Virus record (IMG/VR): IMGVR_UViG_3300045116_000020
Coordinates: 1 to 39,577 of that record
Length of the DNA: 39,577 nt
From: a virus
Taxonomy: Duplodnaviria; Caudoviricetes
Strand: one strand, 5' to 3'
In this document: piece by piece, positions 1-9,437 of the stretch
How the letters are laid out: each line of letters begins with the position of its first letter
Position numbering within the stretch: position 1 is the first letter of the stretch
The notes under the pieces: generated by a model
The model's database searches: none
The model's input: the letters and a program-made list of their open reading frames with translations, nothing else
What the model was told of the DNA's origin: nothing
Translations under genes and position numbers: made by a program

Positions 1-232
1 TAAGCTATTGAGTAATGTGAATCGGCATCGGAAGTCACCTCGATATTGCGAATCAGGCCGGCCAGCACTTCAGCATTGGTGTAGTCCTTCGTCCCCTCAA
101 GGTTTGACATGCGCCCCTGAATAGGCTGAGCCAGTTGCGCACCGTCGGCCTGTTGCGGCATGACCGAATCGGCGTGAACAGGATGCACCTGAATGGAAAT
201 CTTGTTTTGCCTCTGATCACCGACGACCTGAT
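1..232. repeat. Terminal direct repeat, left copy (circularisation overlap)
   Basis: 1-232 matches 39346-39577 except T105 vs G39450. Confidence 0.97.
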
Positions 233-461
233 CAACGAATGCCGGAAGCTTGTTGAGGGTGAGAGATGGGCGTCCTTGTCGTTCGGCAAGCTCATCTGAT
301 GTCCACTGCTCACCGTACAGGAACCGCAGTTCCGAGAGCGCGTCCATGAAGTTCTTCCTCCACCACGTCGAAGCGATGGCTGCACGATCACGGGCCAGAA
401 GAAGAAAGTCATCGATACTCCGTGTCTGCTCGATTTTAACAGGTTCTATTCCTGCGAACAT
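1..461 (-). CDS. Portal protein, 5' part (P22 gp1-like); continues across the circular junction
   Basis: Manual translation from ATG at 461 gives MFAGIEPVKIEQ...FLYGEQW...GRPSLTLNKLPAFVDQVVGDQRQNK..., in frame with 37674..39533; joined length 710 aa; directly follows terL. Confidence 0.88.
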   Translation of the reverse strand, partial: MFAGIEPVKIEQTRSIDDFLLLARDRAAIASTWWRKNFMDALSELRFLYGEQWTSDELAERQGRPSLTLNKLPAFVDQVVGDQRQNKISIQVHPVHADSVMPQQADGAQLAQPIQGRMSNLEGTKDYTNAEVLAGLIRNIEVTSDADSHYSIA

Positions 462-479
462 ACGTGTGCTGTTTTGTGG

Positions 480-1883
480 TTATGCGCCTGCCCAGCTACC
501 CATGCCGCTGAGCTGGCTTGAGTGATCGTATCCGCCGGACGGTACCTTGTCCTCCCACGCAATGGCGAGCTGCTGGAGTGCATCGGCAAGGTTCGACGAC
601 CAGTCGTGTTCCGGGTGAGACTTGAAGACCATGCGTTTCTCGTCGTACTCCCGGTGATAGCTGGCAATGGCGTTCAGGCCATATTCACAGCGCTCCGAGT
701 CGAAGATCAAGCGGGGAAAGAGGCGTCTCAGGGCCTCGATGCTGTCGGATTTCTGCTTTGGCCTCTCGTTGGTCTCGAACTCGATCCCCATCTTCATGGC
801 CGTGTCCTTGCGACTCTCACCGCTCATCAGCTCCCTGACCTCGATGTCATGCGGGGCGTAGTGCTCGCCATACCTGATCTTGTGCTTGTCCTTGAACTCG
901 AAGAGCCAGTTGATGTAGTGCTGCATCCCTTCGCCCGAGTTGCTGTAGCAGGCAATCAGGCGAATCTCCTTGCCGAAAGGCTGCATGAGCCAGATGGCCA
1001 TGTCGTCAGAGATGCCCAAGTCCCAGAAGGTGTAGACCGGGAGCGACGGCTCAATCGGCACGCGGCACACGCGCCCATCGTCGTAAGACGCCTTGACCTC
1101 CTTGCCGAAGTATGCGCCAGGGATGGCCGCGTCGAAACTACAGAAGTACTCCTGCTGGATCATGTCCTCGCTCATGCCCTCAGCTCGCTCCTGCTCGATG
1201 ATGTCTGGGGTGATAACAGGATTGCCCTCGTTGTCCGTGGTGTCGTTGACCGTCAAAACCGACGAGTACCAGCGCTCAGGGAACTTCCGGGCGGTCTCAA
1301 GCAAGGTGTACCCGTGGTTGCGGCCTCTGGGCGTGTAGCAGAACATCGCCCAACCTCCATTTTCTGCCAGAATCGGGCGAAGGTAATCCCATGATGCGGG
1401 ATCGCAGAGGCTCCACTCCGAGTACACGACGCCAACGGGGTTGTTGCCAACCAAGTTGTTGTAGTTGTCAGAGCCCAAGACGTACAGGAGCGAGCCGTTG
1501 GCGAACTCGACGTACATCTCGGTGTTGTTGATGCTCTTGATGATCGCCGGCGGAATGTGGTCAAGGAATGTCAGCCCATCCTTACCCCTGCCTTTCCAGA
1601 TGGCTTTGCGGGCCTGCGTCTGCTTTGGAAGCATGTACCAGTAGGAGCCGACGCGCTCCTGAGTGGATGCAACGGCTATTTGCCAGTAGGTCTTGTCCTT
1701 TCCGGCTCGACGATGCCATACAACCGCGAATCGCTTGATATTGTCAACGAACTTCGCCTCGAACAGATTCCGCTGGTATGGTCTGGCCGTGTAGCGGTAA
1801 GGCAGGTTGATCTTGACCGCCTCATCGACTTCTGAGCTGTTGTCGATCACCTGAAGATCGTCGTCAATGTTGAGCGTGAACAT
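480..1883 (-). CDS. terL: Terminase large subunit
   Basis: Walker A-like WHRRAGKD, VVYSEW Walker B, YTPRG coupling motif, C-terminal nuclease motifs WDLG and HDWSSNLADA; sits between terS and portal. Confidence 0.95.
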   Translation of the reverse strand: MFTLNIDDDLQVIDNSSEVDEAVKINLPYRYTARPYQRNLFEAKFVDNIKRFAVVWHRRAGKDKTYWQIAVASTQERVGSYWYMLPKQTQARKAIWKGRGKDGLTFLDHIPPAIIKSINNTEMYVEFANGSLLYVLGSDNYNNLVGNNPVGVVYSEWSLCDPASWDYLRPILAENGGWAMFCYTPRGRNHGYTLLETARKFPERWYSSVLTVNDTTDNEGNPVITPDIIEQERAEGMSEDMIQQEYFCSFDAAIPGAYFGKEVKASYDDGRVCRVPIEPSLPVYTFWDLGISDDMAIWLMQPFGKEIRLIACYSNSGEGMQHYINWLFEFKDKHKIRYGEHYAPHDIEVRELMSGESRKDTAMKMGIEFETNERPKQKSDSIEALRRLFPRLIFDSERCEYGLNAIASYHREYDEKRMVFKSHPEHDWSSNLADALQQLAIAWEDKVPSGGYDHSSQLSGMGSWAGA

Positions 1884-2406
1884 CGGCGTTCCCGGTTACA
1901 TTGACGGTGACGTTGACGGGCTTATCAGTGCCTTTTGGTGCGGTGATGCCCTTGATCTCGCAGATTCGTTCCAGCGCCGGAAGCTTCGGGTGCATCTTGA
2001 TCTCGGTAATCTCGACCTCTTCGAATCCGCCTTCGGGAGTGCGTTCGAGATACCGTTTGAACTTCACGCTCTGAATTGCCCTGCGTGTGGCCGGTTTGAG
2101 GCTTTTGAGTCCTGCGAATCCTCCGTGTTCTCCTTCGATCTCACCAATGTCCTGGAACGCAATGGCGGCAATCTCTGCAAGAACCCTGTTCTCGCTGATG
2201 TCGAGCTTCTGCGCACGATTCTTCTTCAGTTCCTCAATCCTTACCGAAACCTTACCGTCTTTGAGAAGCTCTGAAGCCTTGACCCAAACGACGTTATCCT
2301 TCCACTTCTGTGAAGCGGGAAAAGCCTCTCGAAAGGCTTTGCTTGCGTCTCCATACTCGACGTAGAGCCGAGCGAACGTCTCTCTTTTCTGGGTGAGTTT
2401 TGCCAT
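1864..2406 (-). CDS. terS: Terminase small subunit
   Basis: MAKLTQKRETFARLYVE...ASKAFREAF...ASELL N-terminal HTH typical of TerS; VLAEIAAIAF; overlaps the terL start. Confidence 0.88.
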   Translation of the reverse strand: MAKLTQKRETFARLYVEYGDASKAFREAFPASQKWKDNVVWVKASELLKDGKVSVRIEELKKNRAQKLDISENRVLAEIAAIAFQDIGEIEGEHGGFAGLKSLKPATRRAIQSVKFKRYLERTPEGGFEEVEITEIKMHPKLPALERICEIKGITAPKGTDKPVNVTVNVTGNADVHAQH

Positions 2407-2451
2407 GCCTGCACGATGCAAGCACGGGAACAGAAAAACGACGGGTGAATT

Positions 2452-2949
2452 TTAGGGGTGCTCCCTCATCTCCCTGAGGCTCTTCTGTGCCGCCTGAAGC
2501 TCGAAATACTCCCGAAGGTGCCATGCGATGACCATGCGCCTGATCTTGGCCGTCACGTCCGCTACGACCTCTTCACGGTTGGTTCCAGACTTCGTGTAAG
2601 CGGTCTTGGTGTACTTGCAGACCGGCCAGTCTGCTGTCCATGCCTGTTCGGGTTTATCCGCTTGCTGCATCTCCTTCCGGGTTCGCGTGGGTTTCTTGGC
2701 TTTGGCGGCGATGATGTCGGCTTTGTCCTCGATCAGGAACGATTCTACCTTTGGGCCCATGATCGTCTCGACGTGGACGTAAACGATCTCGGTGTTGTTG
2801 GGCGGCTGCCTGTTGTAGTGGTTGTCGTTGGTATCTCTCCGAGGCATACTTCTGGTTTCGATTGTGGTTTGCGGTAAGGCGTTCAGTCTGGCCAGTCTTG
2901 CCTGAACGCCTCCTGATAAAAAGTCAGAACGGGAGATCGTCTTTTTCAT
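2452..2949 (-). CDS. Hypothetical protein (last gene before terS)
   Basis: ORF from ATG 2949 ([10 protein letters not shown]...) overlapping the ssb 3' end; no motif recognised. Confidence 0.6.
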   Translation of the reverse strand: MKKTISRSDFLSGGVQARLARLNALPQTTIETRSMPRRDTNDNHYNRQPPNNTEIVYVHVETIMGPKVESFLIEDKADIIAAKAKKPTRTRKEMQQADKPEQAWTADWPVCKYTKTAYTKSGTNREEVVADVTAKIRRMVIAWHLREYFELQAAQKSLREMREHP

Positions 2950-3343
2950 CGTAAGTCTTAGCTTCAGATGTAACCGGATCACCAGCTTTATTCTGGTGCT
3001 CTGATGATCCACCGCCACTTGATCCAAGCATCTGCATTGAGCTTGCGATTATCTCCGTGGTGTACATCTTCTGCCCGTCCTTCTCCCACGATCTGGTTTG
3101 CAGCTTCCCATCGATATATACTTGGCGGCCTTTCTTGAGATACTGACTACAGATGTCAGCAAGCTTTCCCCACGCGACGACGCGGTGCCACTCAGTGCGC
3201 TCAACAACTTCTCCGTTCGAATCCTTGTAGCTTTCGGATGTCGCCACACTGAAGTTGCAGACCGCGTTATTCGTAGTCTGTCGCGTTTCCGGGTCATTTC
3301 CCAAGTACCCGATCAGCATGACTTTATTCAGTCCTCTTGACAT
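2924..3343 (-). CDS. ssb: Single-stranded DNA-binding protein
   Basis: [19 protein letters not shown]...[13 protein letters not shown]...[19 protein letters not shown] and acidic tail DDLPF; start taken at ATG 3343. Confidence 0.97.
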   Translation of the reverse strand: MSRGLNKVMLIGYLGNDPETRQTTNNAVCNFSVATSESYKDSNGEVVERTEWHRVVAWGKLADICSQYLKKGRQVYIDGKLQTRSWEKDGQKMYTTEIIASSMQMLGSSGGGSSEHQNKAGDPVTSEAKTYDEKDDLPF

Positions 3344-3666
3344 GTTTTCTCCTTTGTTTTGGTGTTGATTTTCTCTCGATCTTGCTGAATCCGTTCCGCC
3401 AGACGCGCCAGCTTGAATCGTCTCTCCTTGTCGCACACGTTGGCCCAGCTCGCAAAGATCATCCCGAGCTGCTTCATGGTGATCTCGACATCGGCCTTTT
3501 CGCACATTATCCGGTGCGGATCAGGACTTCCTCCCTCCTGTTTCCGAATCACATAGCCAATTATGGCCGCGGACAGCTCATTCAACTCCTCGGCGCACTT
3601 TATGAGCTGGTGCTCCTCTCCATAATGCTTGATGGCGTCATGGTAGATGCTCACAACATCCTCCAT
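3328..3666 (-). CDS. MazG-like all-alpha NTP pyrophosphatase family protein (putative)
   Basis: Helical acidic motif pair AEELNEL...CEKADV resembling EExxE...ExxDV. Confidence 0.6.
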   Translation of the reverse strand: MEDVVSIYHDAIKHYGEEHQLIKCAEELNELSAAIIGYVIRKQEGGSPDPHRIMCEKADVEITMKQLGMIFASWANVCDKERRFKLARLAERIQQDREKINTKTKEKTCQED

Positions 3667-4000
3667 CGATAATCTTGTTGATGATGTCTATGAAATCATC
3701 GATGCTTCGGCACACCAGATACCGGAACCCCCGCGCCTCCACAAGGCGTTGCCATGCCATTTGCGCGGTGCTTTGCCTGCCATGATCGTCCTTCATCTCG
3801 ATAAAAACCGTGCAGTCAGCCGACCAGTACAGCGTAAAATCGGCCCGTCCCGCTTGCAGCCCCTTCGACCGGTTCAGCGCACCGTCAATACGGTTTTTGC
3901 TGTTGCCAAAATTGTAGCACAAAAGCCCCCTGTACTCAGGAAACGTGTTGTGGAACCAGACGTAGCATTCTTGATGGATTCTTCCCTCACTCTGGCTCAT
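3638..4000 (-). CDS. VRR-NUC domain nuclease
   Basis: SEGRIHQ...GLQAGRADF...FIEMKDDHGRQSTAQMAWQ...GFRYLVCRS PD-(D/E)xK pattern; ATG 4000 overlaps the helicase stop. Confidence 0.88.
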   Translation of the reverse strand: MSQSEGRIHQECYVWFHNTFPEYRGLLCYNFGNSKNRIDGALNRSKGLQAGRADFTLYWSADCTVFIEMKDDHGRQSTAQMAWQRLVEARGFRYLVCRSIDDFIDIINKIIDGGCCEHLP

Positions 4001-5553
4001 ACAACCTCCTCGTATTTTGCCTGCGCCTCTTCGTACCCGGCTGTTCGAACGATATTCCCTTTTCCGTACCACTCTTGCCACCCGTCACTGATGCGCAAGT
4101 ACCGGTTCCCGTTCGTCATCGCCCACCCGCGCTTATACCCCTTCAGAGCCTCGTAGGCGAGGAAATCGGCCTTTGTCTTCAGCCGGTGCATCACAAATCC
4201 TTGTTTCCACCCACGAGCCTGCCTGAGAATCTCAAGCTCATCGACGCTGGCCGTACCGGCAAAACGAAGTGCCTCCGTCGGCGTCATCTCGCGCAGCTTC
4301 ACCGTCACTTGCTCAGTCAACGACGGTTCCTGCTCCCATCCGCAGAAAATGCACTTCCGCGCCCTTGCAGGAATCAGCGCCCTGCATGAAGGGCAGCTTG
4401 CCATCGCTTGTTCCCCGACTCCCTTTTTCGTCTTCGGTGGCTTCACGATGTCAAGCGACCAGTTGCGAGTCTGCCGCCAGAACCCGTGTCGCTGAACGTT
4501 CTGGCCGAAGTCAAGAACGATAAAGTGGCTTTTACCGGCGGATGTCCGGCTGCCGCGCCCGCACAGCTGGAGGTACAGCGGCAGGCTCATCGTCGCACGG
4601 TACAGGATCACGCACTCGACAGACGGGCAATCATACCCCTTGGTGAGTATCCCGACATTGCACAACACGTCGTACAGACCCGACTCAAAATCTCGCTGAA
4701 TCTGACTGCGCTCAATCGCCGGAGTATCCGCATCGATGTGCGCTGCGCGATACCCCTCTTTGGAGAACTCCTCGGCCAGTTGGCGCGAGTTCTCGACCGT
4801 CGCACAGAAGGCAAGCGTCTTTTTCCCACAGGCAAACTCCCGCCAGTTCTCAACCACGCCGCCGAACAACTTCCGATCACCATAGACCTTTCCAAGATCA
4901 CCCTCATTGAACTCGCCCGCAGTGATACGGACACCCGAGAGGTCAACCGAGACACCATAAGCCTTCTCAGGGCAGAGATACCCCAGCTCGATCAGCTCGA
5001 TGATTTCCGGTCCCAAGACCATGGCGTCATAATCGTCCCTCAGCGGGCGCATCTTACCGGTGCGGTGCGGCGTCGCCGTCGCGCCGATGACAAGCTGCTG
5101 CTCCTCAAGAGACTCGAACAGCTTGTTGAAAGCCTGTACATGGGCTTCGTCGATGATGATCAGGCTGAAGCTCCGAACGAAGGACACGTAGTCTGGTCGC
5201 GCAAGGCGTCGCTTCAACGTCTCGACCATGGCGATGATCACCGGAGACCTATCCAGGTGCTTCGTAGTCGCGGTCAGCTCTCGATACCCGACGCCGATCC
5301 GTCCGAGCGACTTACCCCCCTGCAGGTGCAGCTCCTTGCGATCCGTCACGATCATCACCCGTCCTCCCCGATCAACCACCCGGCGCGTTATGTCCGTGAA
5401 CACCGCCGTTTTCCCGGCCCCCGTCGGCATCACCATCACCAGGCGCTTTTTCCCCTGTGCGAACGCCGCCCGAAGGTCACTGATCACCTTCACTTGGTAC
5501 GGGCGAAGCTCAATCGGCTTTGCGCCCTCTGTGAGTCTCAATTCGTGCTGCAT
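3997..5553 (-). CDS. SF2 DEAH-box helicase (RadD/YejH-like) with C-terminal Zn ribbon
   Basis: LRPYQ Q-motif, MPTGAGKT, IIDEAH, GATATP, QLCGRGSR, CPSC...CIFC. Confidence 0.93.
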   Translation of the reverse strand: MQHELRLTEGAKPIELRPYQVKVISDLRAAFAQGKKRLVMVMPTGAGKTAVFTDITRRVVDRGGRVMIVTDRKELHLQGGKSLGRIGVGYRELTATTKHLDRSPVIIAMVETLKRRLARPDYVSFVRSFSLIIIDEAHVQAFNKLFESLEEQQLVIGATATPHRTGKMRPLRDDYDAMVLGPEIIELIELGYLCPEKAYGVSVDLSGVRITAGEFNEGDLGKVYGDRKLFGGVVENWREFACGKKTLAFCATVENSRQLAEEFSKEGYRAAHIDADTPAIERSQIQRDFESGLYDVLCNVGILTKGYDCPSVECVILYRATMSLPLYLQLCGRGSRTSAGKSHFIVLDFGQNVQRHGFWRQTRNWSLDIVKPPKTKKGVGEQAMASCPSCRALIPARARKCIFCGWEQEPSLTEQVTVKLREMTPTEALRFAGTASVDELEILRQARGWKQGFVMHRLKTKADFLAYEALKGYKRGWAMTNGNRYLRISDGWQEWYGKGNIVRTAGYEEAQAKYEEVV

Positions 5554-5572
5554 GGCTTTTTGTGGGTTTGTG

Positions 5573-5835
5573 GTTGCGACACCGCAACCAGCATTTTCAA
5601 CATGACTTATCTTCTATATTGGTTATCGTGTCGCAACATGTCGTAACCGTATTCAGCAACTTTTCCTTTCGCATATCTCCTACTATCAATTCGTTACAAC
5701 CCTGTACTTTTATACTCTTTAGCCCAAAAATAGTTACGACAGTTACGACAAGCCAACAACTCACTATATTTCCTGTGTTTACTTTGTCGTAACTTCTTAT
5801 TTGTTCGGTTGCGACGCAGTTACGACAGCTGCGAC
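5573..5835. promoter_or_regulatory. Putative replication origin with octamer iterons GTTRCGAC
   Basis: Exact copies at 5573, 5733, 5742, 5808, 5819 (+) and 5630, 5640, 5786 (reverse); one-mismatch copies at 5693 and 5828; AT-rich non-coding gap directly downstream of the primase-helicase. Confidence 0.75.
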
Positions 5836-5836
5836 A

Positions 5837-8056
5837 TCAGAACGGAAGCGGAGACGTTTCGACCAACGATTCTCCAACTCCACCAATCGTTTTTCGCTCT
5901 GCGTTATACATCCATATGTGTTGTCGTCCAGTACGCTTGCAGATCCTCTTATACCCATGCTTCTTGAGCGCCTGGCCAAGTTTGTTTTGACTCAATCTGA
6001 GGCTCGCGCCATTCAGCTTGCCGGTCAACTCGTTCAGAATCTGGGTGTTCGTCATGAACCTGTCCGGATTCGTTGATTCCGGCGGCTCGAAGTAATGCAA
6101 CAGCATCTCCTCCTCGGCGCACACCTCTGAATACTTGTCCGTCGCCTGGTTCAGCAGGTCGATGTCCTCGGCGTTCAGCATCCACTCGTCACCGACCCGT
6201 TTCCACTCCCGGTACAGCTCGACAAGCAGGTCTGTTTTGTCAACCGATTCGTAAAGCTCCCAATCGATCTTCGTCGTGTGGATCACGATGATTCGCCGGT
6301 TCCCGGTCAAGTCTCCCTTGATGCTCTCGTCGTTCGTGGTGCCCGCAAGGGCAGCAATCCTCGGCAGCGTCTCACTCATGCGGGCATACGGGCGGCGGAT
6401 CGTGATCTCCTGCTTCGAACTCAGCTCCTTGAACAGCGCCGCCTCCTTGCGGCTCTTGCCGCTGAACTCGTCGTCCAGAAGCAGTGCCTTCGTTGCCATC
6501 AGGATCAGGTGATCCTTGTCGCCGTCCATTTTCGCTTCCGCGTAGTACCCGCGCAACTCATCAGGGAACAGGCCCCTGAACCACTTCGACTTTCCGGCAC
6601 CCTGCGGCCCGACGAAAACAAGCGTCAGGAGCGAGTACGTCCCATACCATCCGGACACCATGCCAAGCAGCCACTTCCGTATGAAGTAGTTCCGGAAGTC
6701 TCTGGCCTGCGCCTCCGTAAGGCCGTCCACCGCTCCGGATATTGCGCCGATCACCGCATCGATACACCCCTTCGGGTCGCGCACCTTGTTCTTCTCGATC
6801 AGGTCGCGGATCGGGTTGTACTCCCTGGCGCTCGTCTCGATCAGCTCAAGCACAACCTCCTTTTTCACCTTGTTGGCCCCATACTTCGTCCGCATCTCGA
6901 CCATGACCGACGCAATCAGACGATCACTCAACGGATCGCCGTTCAGCTCGACATTACCGGTGATCACGTTCCGACGGAACTTCTTGCGCTCGATGTCCTT
7001 CTTCAGGAAATCATAGGTCTCGTCCGGCCCGTCACTCTCCGCGCCGGTCGCGCCATCAAAAACTGCGTCAGTGATCCGCTTGGCGTCCGCCGATGAAGCC
7101 CCGAGTATATCGACGGCAGTCTGTACCGCGTCCGCCCTGGCGGACGCATCGCCAAGTGTGCCTGCGCCCACCTCCTTCTTCCTGTACTTCGCCGTCCTAA
7201 CCAGCTCGCGCGTCATCGGAGAAACGATCTCGTACCCGGCCTCTTTCGCCACCCAGAAAAACGAGGCGATCCCGACGCCGCCGCCGGCGCATTTCCGGTA
7301 CTTCCGAGAGCACTCCTGCCGGTTATACTTCGGGTGGAACTGGCTGATCCGGTGGAAAAACTCCTCACCGTTCGGCCCAAATTCACCGTGAATGGAAAAC
7401 CCGAGCTTCACCCATGTCGCGTATGACTCGGTAAGGTCGCGCCGGTCTCGCTCGATCTGTTGCAGGACGTACTCAACGTCGGAGTCGCAGCACGCCACCT
7501 TTCTGCGCTGAAACTCCGCTGACTCACGCTTTTCAGTCTTCGCATATTTCGCGGCCTTCTCGTTCAGATAAAGGTCTTCGTCGTAGCAGACGAATCGCAA
7601 CCGCCCAACATCTTTGCACGACGGATCGATAACGATGCCGTAGGTGTCGGCAAAATATTTCTCCAGCGAAAGGAACGTTTCAAAGTGCTTTTCAGGGTTG
7701 ATCCTGATGTAAAGGCTCAGGCCCTTACCAGAGACCGAGAGGTGCCCGGCGAAGACATGCTTATCCGCATAGAGCACGTCCCGCATCCCAGGAAGGTCGT
7801 GCTGCTCATTGTGGCCAGCGTCTATGTCGATATTCAGGACACCAGACAGCGAAACGACATTTTCGCGTCGGCGGCCACCGGAGAAAAGCGCCGATGGAGA
7901 AAAGCAGGTCAACGACTCCTTCGGGCGTTTGCCGCTCCGGTAATCGATGAACTCATCCTGCCAGTATCCTCCCTTGATCCGGTGCAGCACGTCGATAAGC
8001 TCAATGTCCTGCACTGGATCGGTAGCCCGGCAATTACGGAAAACAGATACCTGCAT
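5837..8056 (-). CDS. Primase-helicase (VirE N-terminal/BT4734-like, PriCT-2-like, VapE/VirE P-loop ATPase)
   Basis: SGVLNIDID, SVSGKGL, DPSCKDVGRLRFVCYD primase-like motifs; YATWVKLGFS...FHRISQFHPKY PriCT-like segment; GPQGAGKS Walker A, LLDDEF Walker B, TGNRR. Confidence 0.88.
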   Translation of the reverse strand: MQVSVFRNCRATDPVQDIELIDVLHRIKGGYWQDEFIDYRSGKRPKESLTCFSPSALFSGGRRRENVVSLSGVLNIDIDAGHNEQHDLPGMRDVLYADKHVFAGHLSVSGKGLSLYIRINPEKHFETFLSLEKYFADTYGIVIDPSCKDVGRLRFVCYDEDLYLNEKAAKYAKTEKRESAEFQRRKVACCDSDVEYVLQQIERDRRDLTESYATWVKLGFSIHGEFGPNGEEFFHRISQFHPKYNRQECSRKYRKCAGGGVGIASFFWVAKEAGYEIVSPMTRELVRTAKYRKKEVGAGTLGDASARADAVQTAVDILGASSADAKRITDAVFDGATGAESDGPDETYDFLKKDIERKKFRRNVITGNVELNGDPLSDRLIASVMVEMRTKYGANKVKKEVVLELIETSAREYNPIRDLIEKNKVRDPKGCIDAVIGAISGAVDGLTEAQARDFRNYFIRKWLLGMVSGWYGTYSLLTLVFVGPQGAGKSKWFRGLFPDELRGYYAEAKMDGDKDHLILMATKALLLDDEFSGKSRKEAALFKELSSKQEITIRRPYARMSETLPRIAALAGTTNDESIKGDLTGNRRIIVIHTTKIDWELYESVDKTDLLVELYREWKRVGDEWMLNAEDIDLLNQATDKYSEVCAEEEMLLHYFEPPESTNPDRFMTNTQILNELTGKLNGASLRLSQNKLGQALKKHGYKRICKRTGRQHIWMYNAERKTIGGVGESLVETSPLPF

Positions 8057-8073
8057 TGACGGTTGATTCGTGA

Positions 8074-9105
8074 TTATGCTGCCTGTCCGCTCGACCGCTT
8101 TGCTTCGGCCTCAGCAATAACCGCCTTCAGATGACCAATAGCAAATCGGATTCCGGCGCCGGTGTAACCCACCTTCCACTCGCCGTTCAATCGGGCCTTC
8201 TGGTCATCACGCAAGTGCGGGCTTGCAGCTTTCGCAAGACTTATAAACTCCTCTTCCTCTTCTTTTGTCGGATCAACAGGGACATCCGTCGGCGGAGGAT
8301 CAGGCAGCGGAGGAGGCTCCGGAAGAGAGGTCTTGTTTGACTTCTTCGCAGGCTTAGGCTTCTCCGGTGCGGCAGGTGGATTCGTATCTGGTTTAGGTTC
8401 AGGCCTGATCGCGCCGCCGAACAACTCCGGCATGTCTTCGATGTCTTGGGTAAAAATGTCCGATGCCGCCGTCGTGGTAAGCGTCGCATCGACCAGCGCC
8501 CGCTTCTTTGCCATCTTAAGGCAGGTGTTGTAAAAGTCAGCCGGGTTATCGTGCTCGACCTTCTCTATCACTGAGGCAATCTTCCATGTTCCGTTCTCAT
8601 CCTTTTTCGTCGCAAACCGGTCACCTTCAATCCCTGCCGAAACCGCAGCATCCTTCAGTATCTTTGCGGCCTTCGACGAATCGTCCCTTCTCGCGTCCCA
8701 GTACGCCTTCGGTACAATGACGTCGGTGACCTCACCCGTACCTGAACGGAACCGGTACTTTCCCTCCATGGTGCAGCACGATCCGATGCCCGTTCCCAGC
8801 CGTTGGCCGTCCGGGGAATACAGGGTGCACTTTACCCGATACTCCCGGTGCCCGCCCTGCATCTCGATCACCTCGACATCCGTATCGTTCGCAAGCCTGA
8901 ACGTCATCATGATCTTTTCGGCCCCCGACTTCATCAGAGTCTTCTTGTCGCCGCACCCCGGTATCGTCCCGAAGTGCTCCCCATCCTTCATCACGGCCTT
9001 CATTACGTGCTGGATCGCCTGCACTTGGTCGTGCAGCTCTTCGGCGGTGACAACGTACTTGGTCAAGGTTCCCCGTGGTTCGCAAACAGACATTTCCTGT
9101 GTCAT
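8074..9105 (-). CDS. Putative single-strand annealing/recombination protein
   Basis: Conserved phage pattern FGTIPGCGDKKTLMKSGAEK...NTCLKMAKKRALVDA...SDIFTQDIED followed by a Pro-rich linker; AGGAG RBS upstream of ATG 9105; next to Gp157-like gene. Confidence 0.6.
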   Translation of the reverse strand: MTQEMSVCEPRGTLTKYVVTAEELHDQVQAIQHVMKAVMKDGEHFGTIPGCGDKKTLMKSGAEKIMMTFRLANDTDVEVIEMQGGHREYRVKCTLYSPDGQRLGTGIGSCCTMEGKYRFRSGTGEVTDVIVPKAYWDARRDDSSKAAKILKDAAVSAGIEGDRFATKKDENGTWKIASVIEKVEHDNPADFYNTCLKMAKKRALVDATLTTTAASDIFTQDIEDMPELFGGAIRPEPKPDTNPPAAPEKPKPAKKSNKTSLPEPPPLPDPPPTDVPVDPTKEEEEEFISLAKAASPHLRDDQKARLNGEWKVGYTGAGIRFAIGHLKAVIAEAEAKRSSGQAA

Positions 9106-9116
9106 GATCAATTCTC

Positions 9117-9422
9117 CTAGTTAATCGATTCTTCCGCCTTCTTTTCCGCGCCCGTAGGCCGCGCAGGATTTGCCACGCTGAGATTTGCCCCAATGAGATT
9201 TGCCCCGCTGAGATTTGCCCCGCTGAGATTTGCCCATCTGAGGTCTGCCCCACTGAGATTTGCCCCACTGAGGTCTGCATCACTGAGCTTTGCCCATCTG
9301 AGCTTTGCCCCACTGAGGTCTGCCCCACTGAGGTCTATCGCCTCATCGGGGTTATCCCCACGCCATGCGCACCACTTCTGCGCAGAGGATTTAAGCCTAT
9401 CTACCTGATCTTGTTTTGCCAT
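9117..9422 (-). CDS. Short pentapeptide-repeat protein (about 11 repeats)
   Basis: A(D/N/K)L(S/R/I)(G/W/D) repeats after a W-x-x-W-R N-terminal cap. Confidence 0.85.
   Translation of the reverse strand: MAKQDQVDRLKSSAQKWCAWRGDNPDEAIDLSGADLSGAKLRWAKLSDADLSGANLSGADLRWANLSGANLSGANLIGANLSVANPARPTGAEKKAEESIN
9172..9335. repeat. 15-bp tandem repeat array using the same units as 11006-11799
   Basis: Directly visible; includes the same rare unit variants. Confidence 0.93.
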
Positions 9423-9437
9423 GGTAATTTTATCCGT

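Noticed and set aside
1-232. Biological fixed direct terminal repeat (T7-like)
   Set aside because: It falls in the middle of the portal gene, so an assembly overlap of a circular or permuted genome is more likely.
4408-7096. Long plus-strand ORFs (e.g. 4408-5646 and 6278-7096; similarly 522-1394 and 13803-14858)
   Set aside because: These are antisense shadows of well-supported minus-strand genes in GC-rich sequence and show no motifs.
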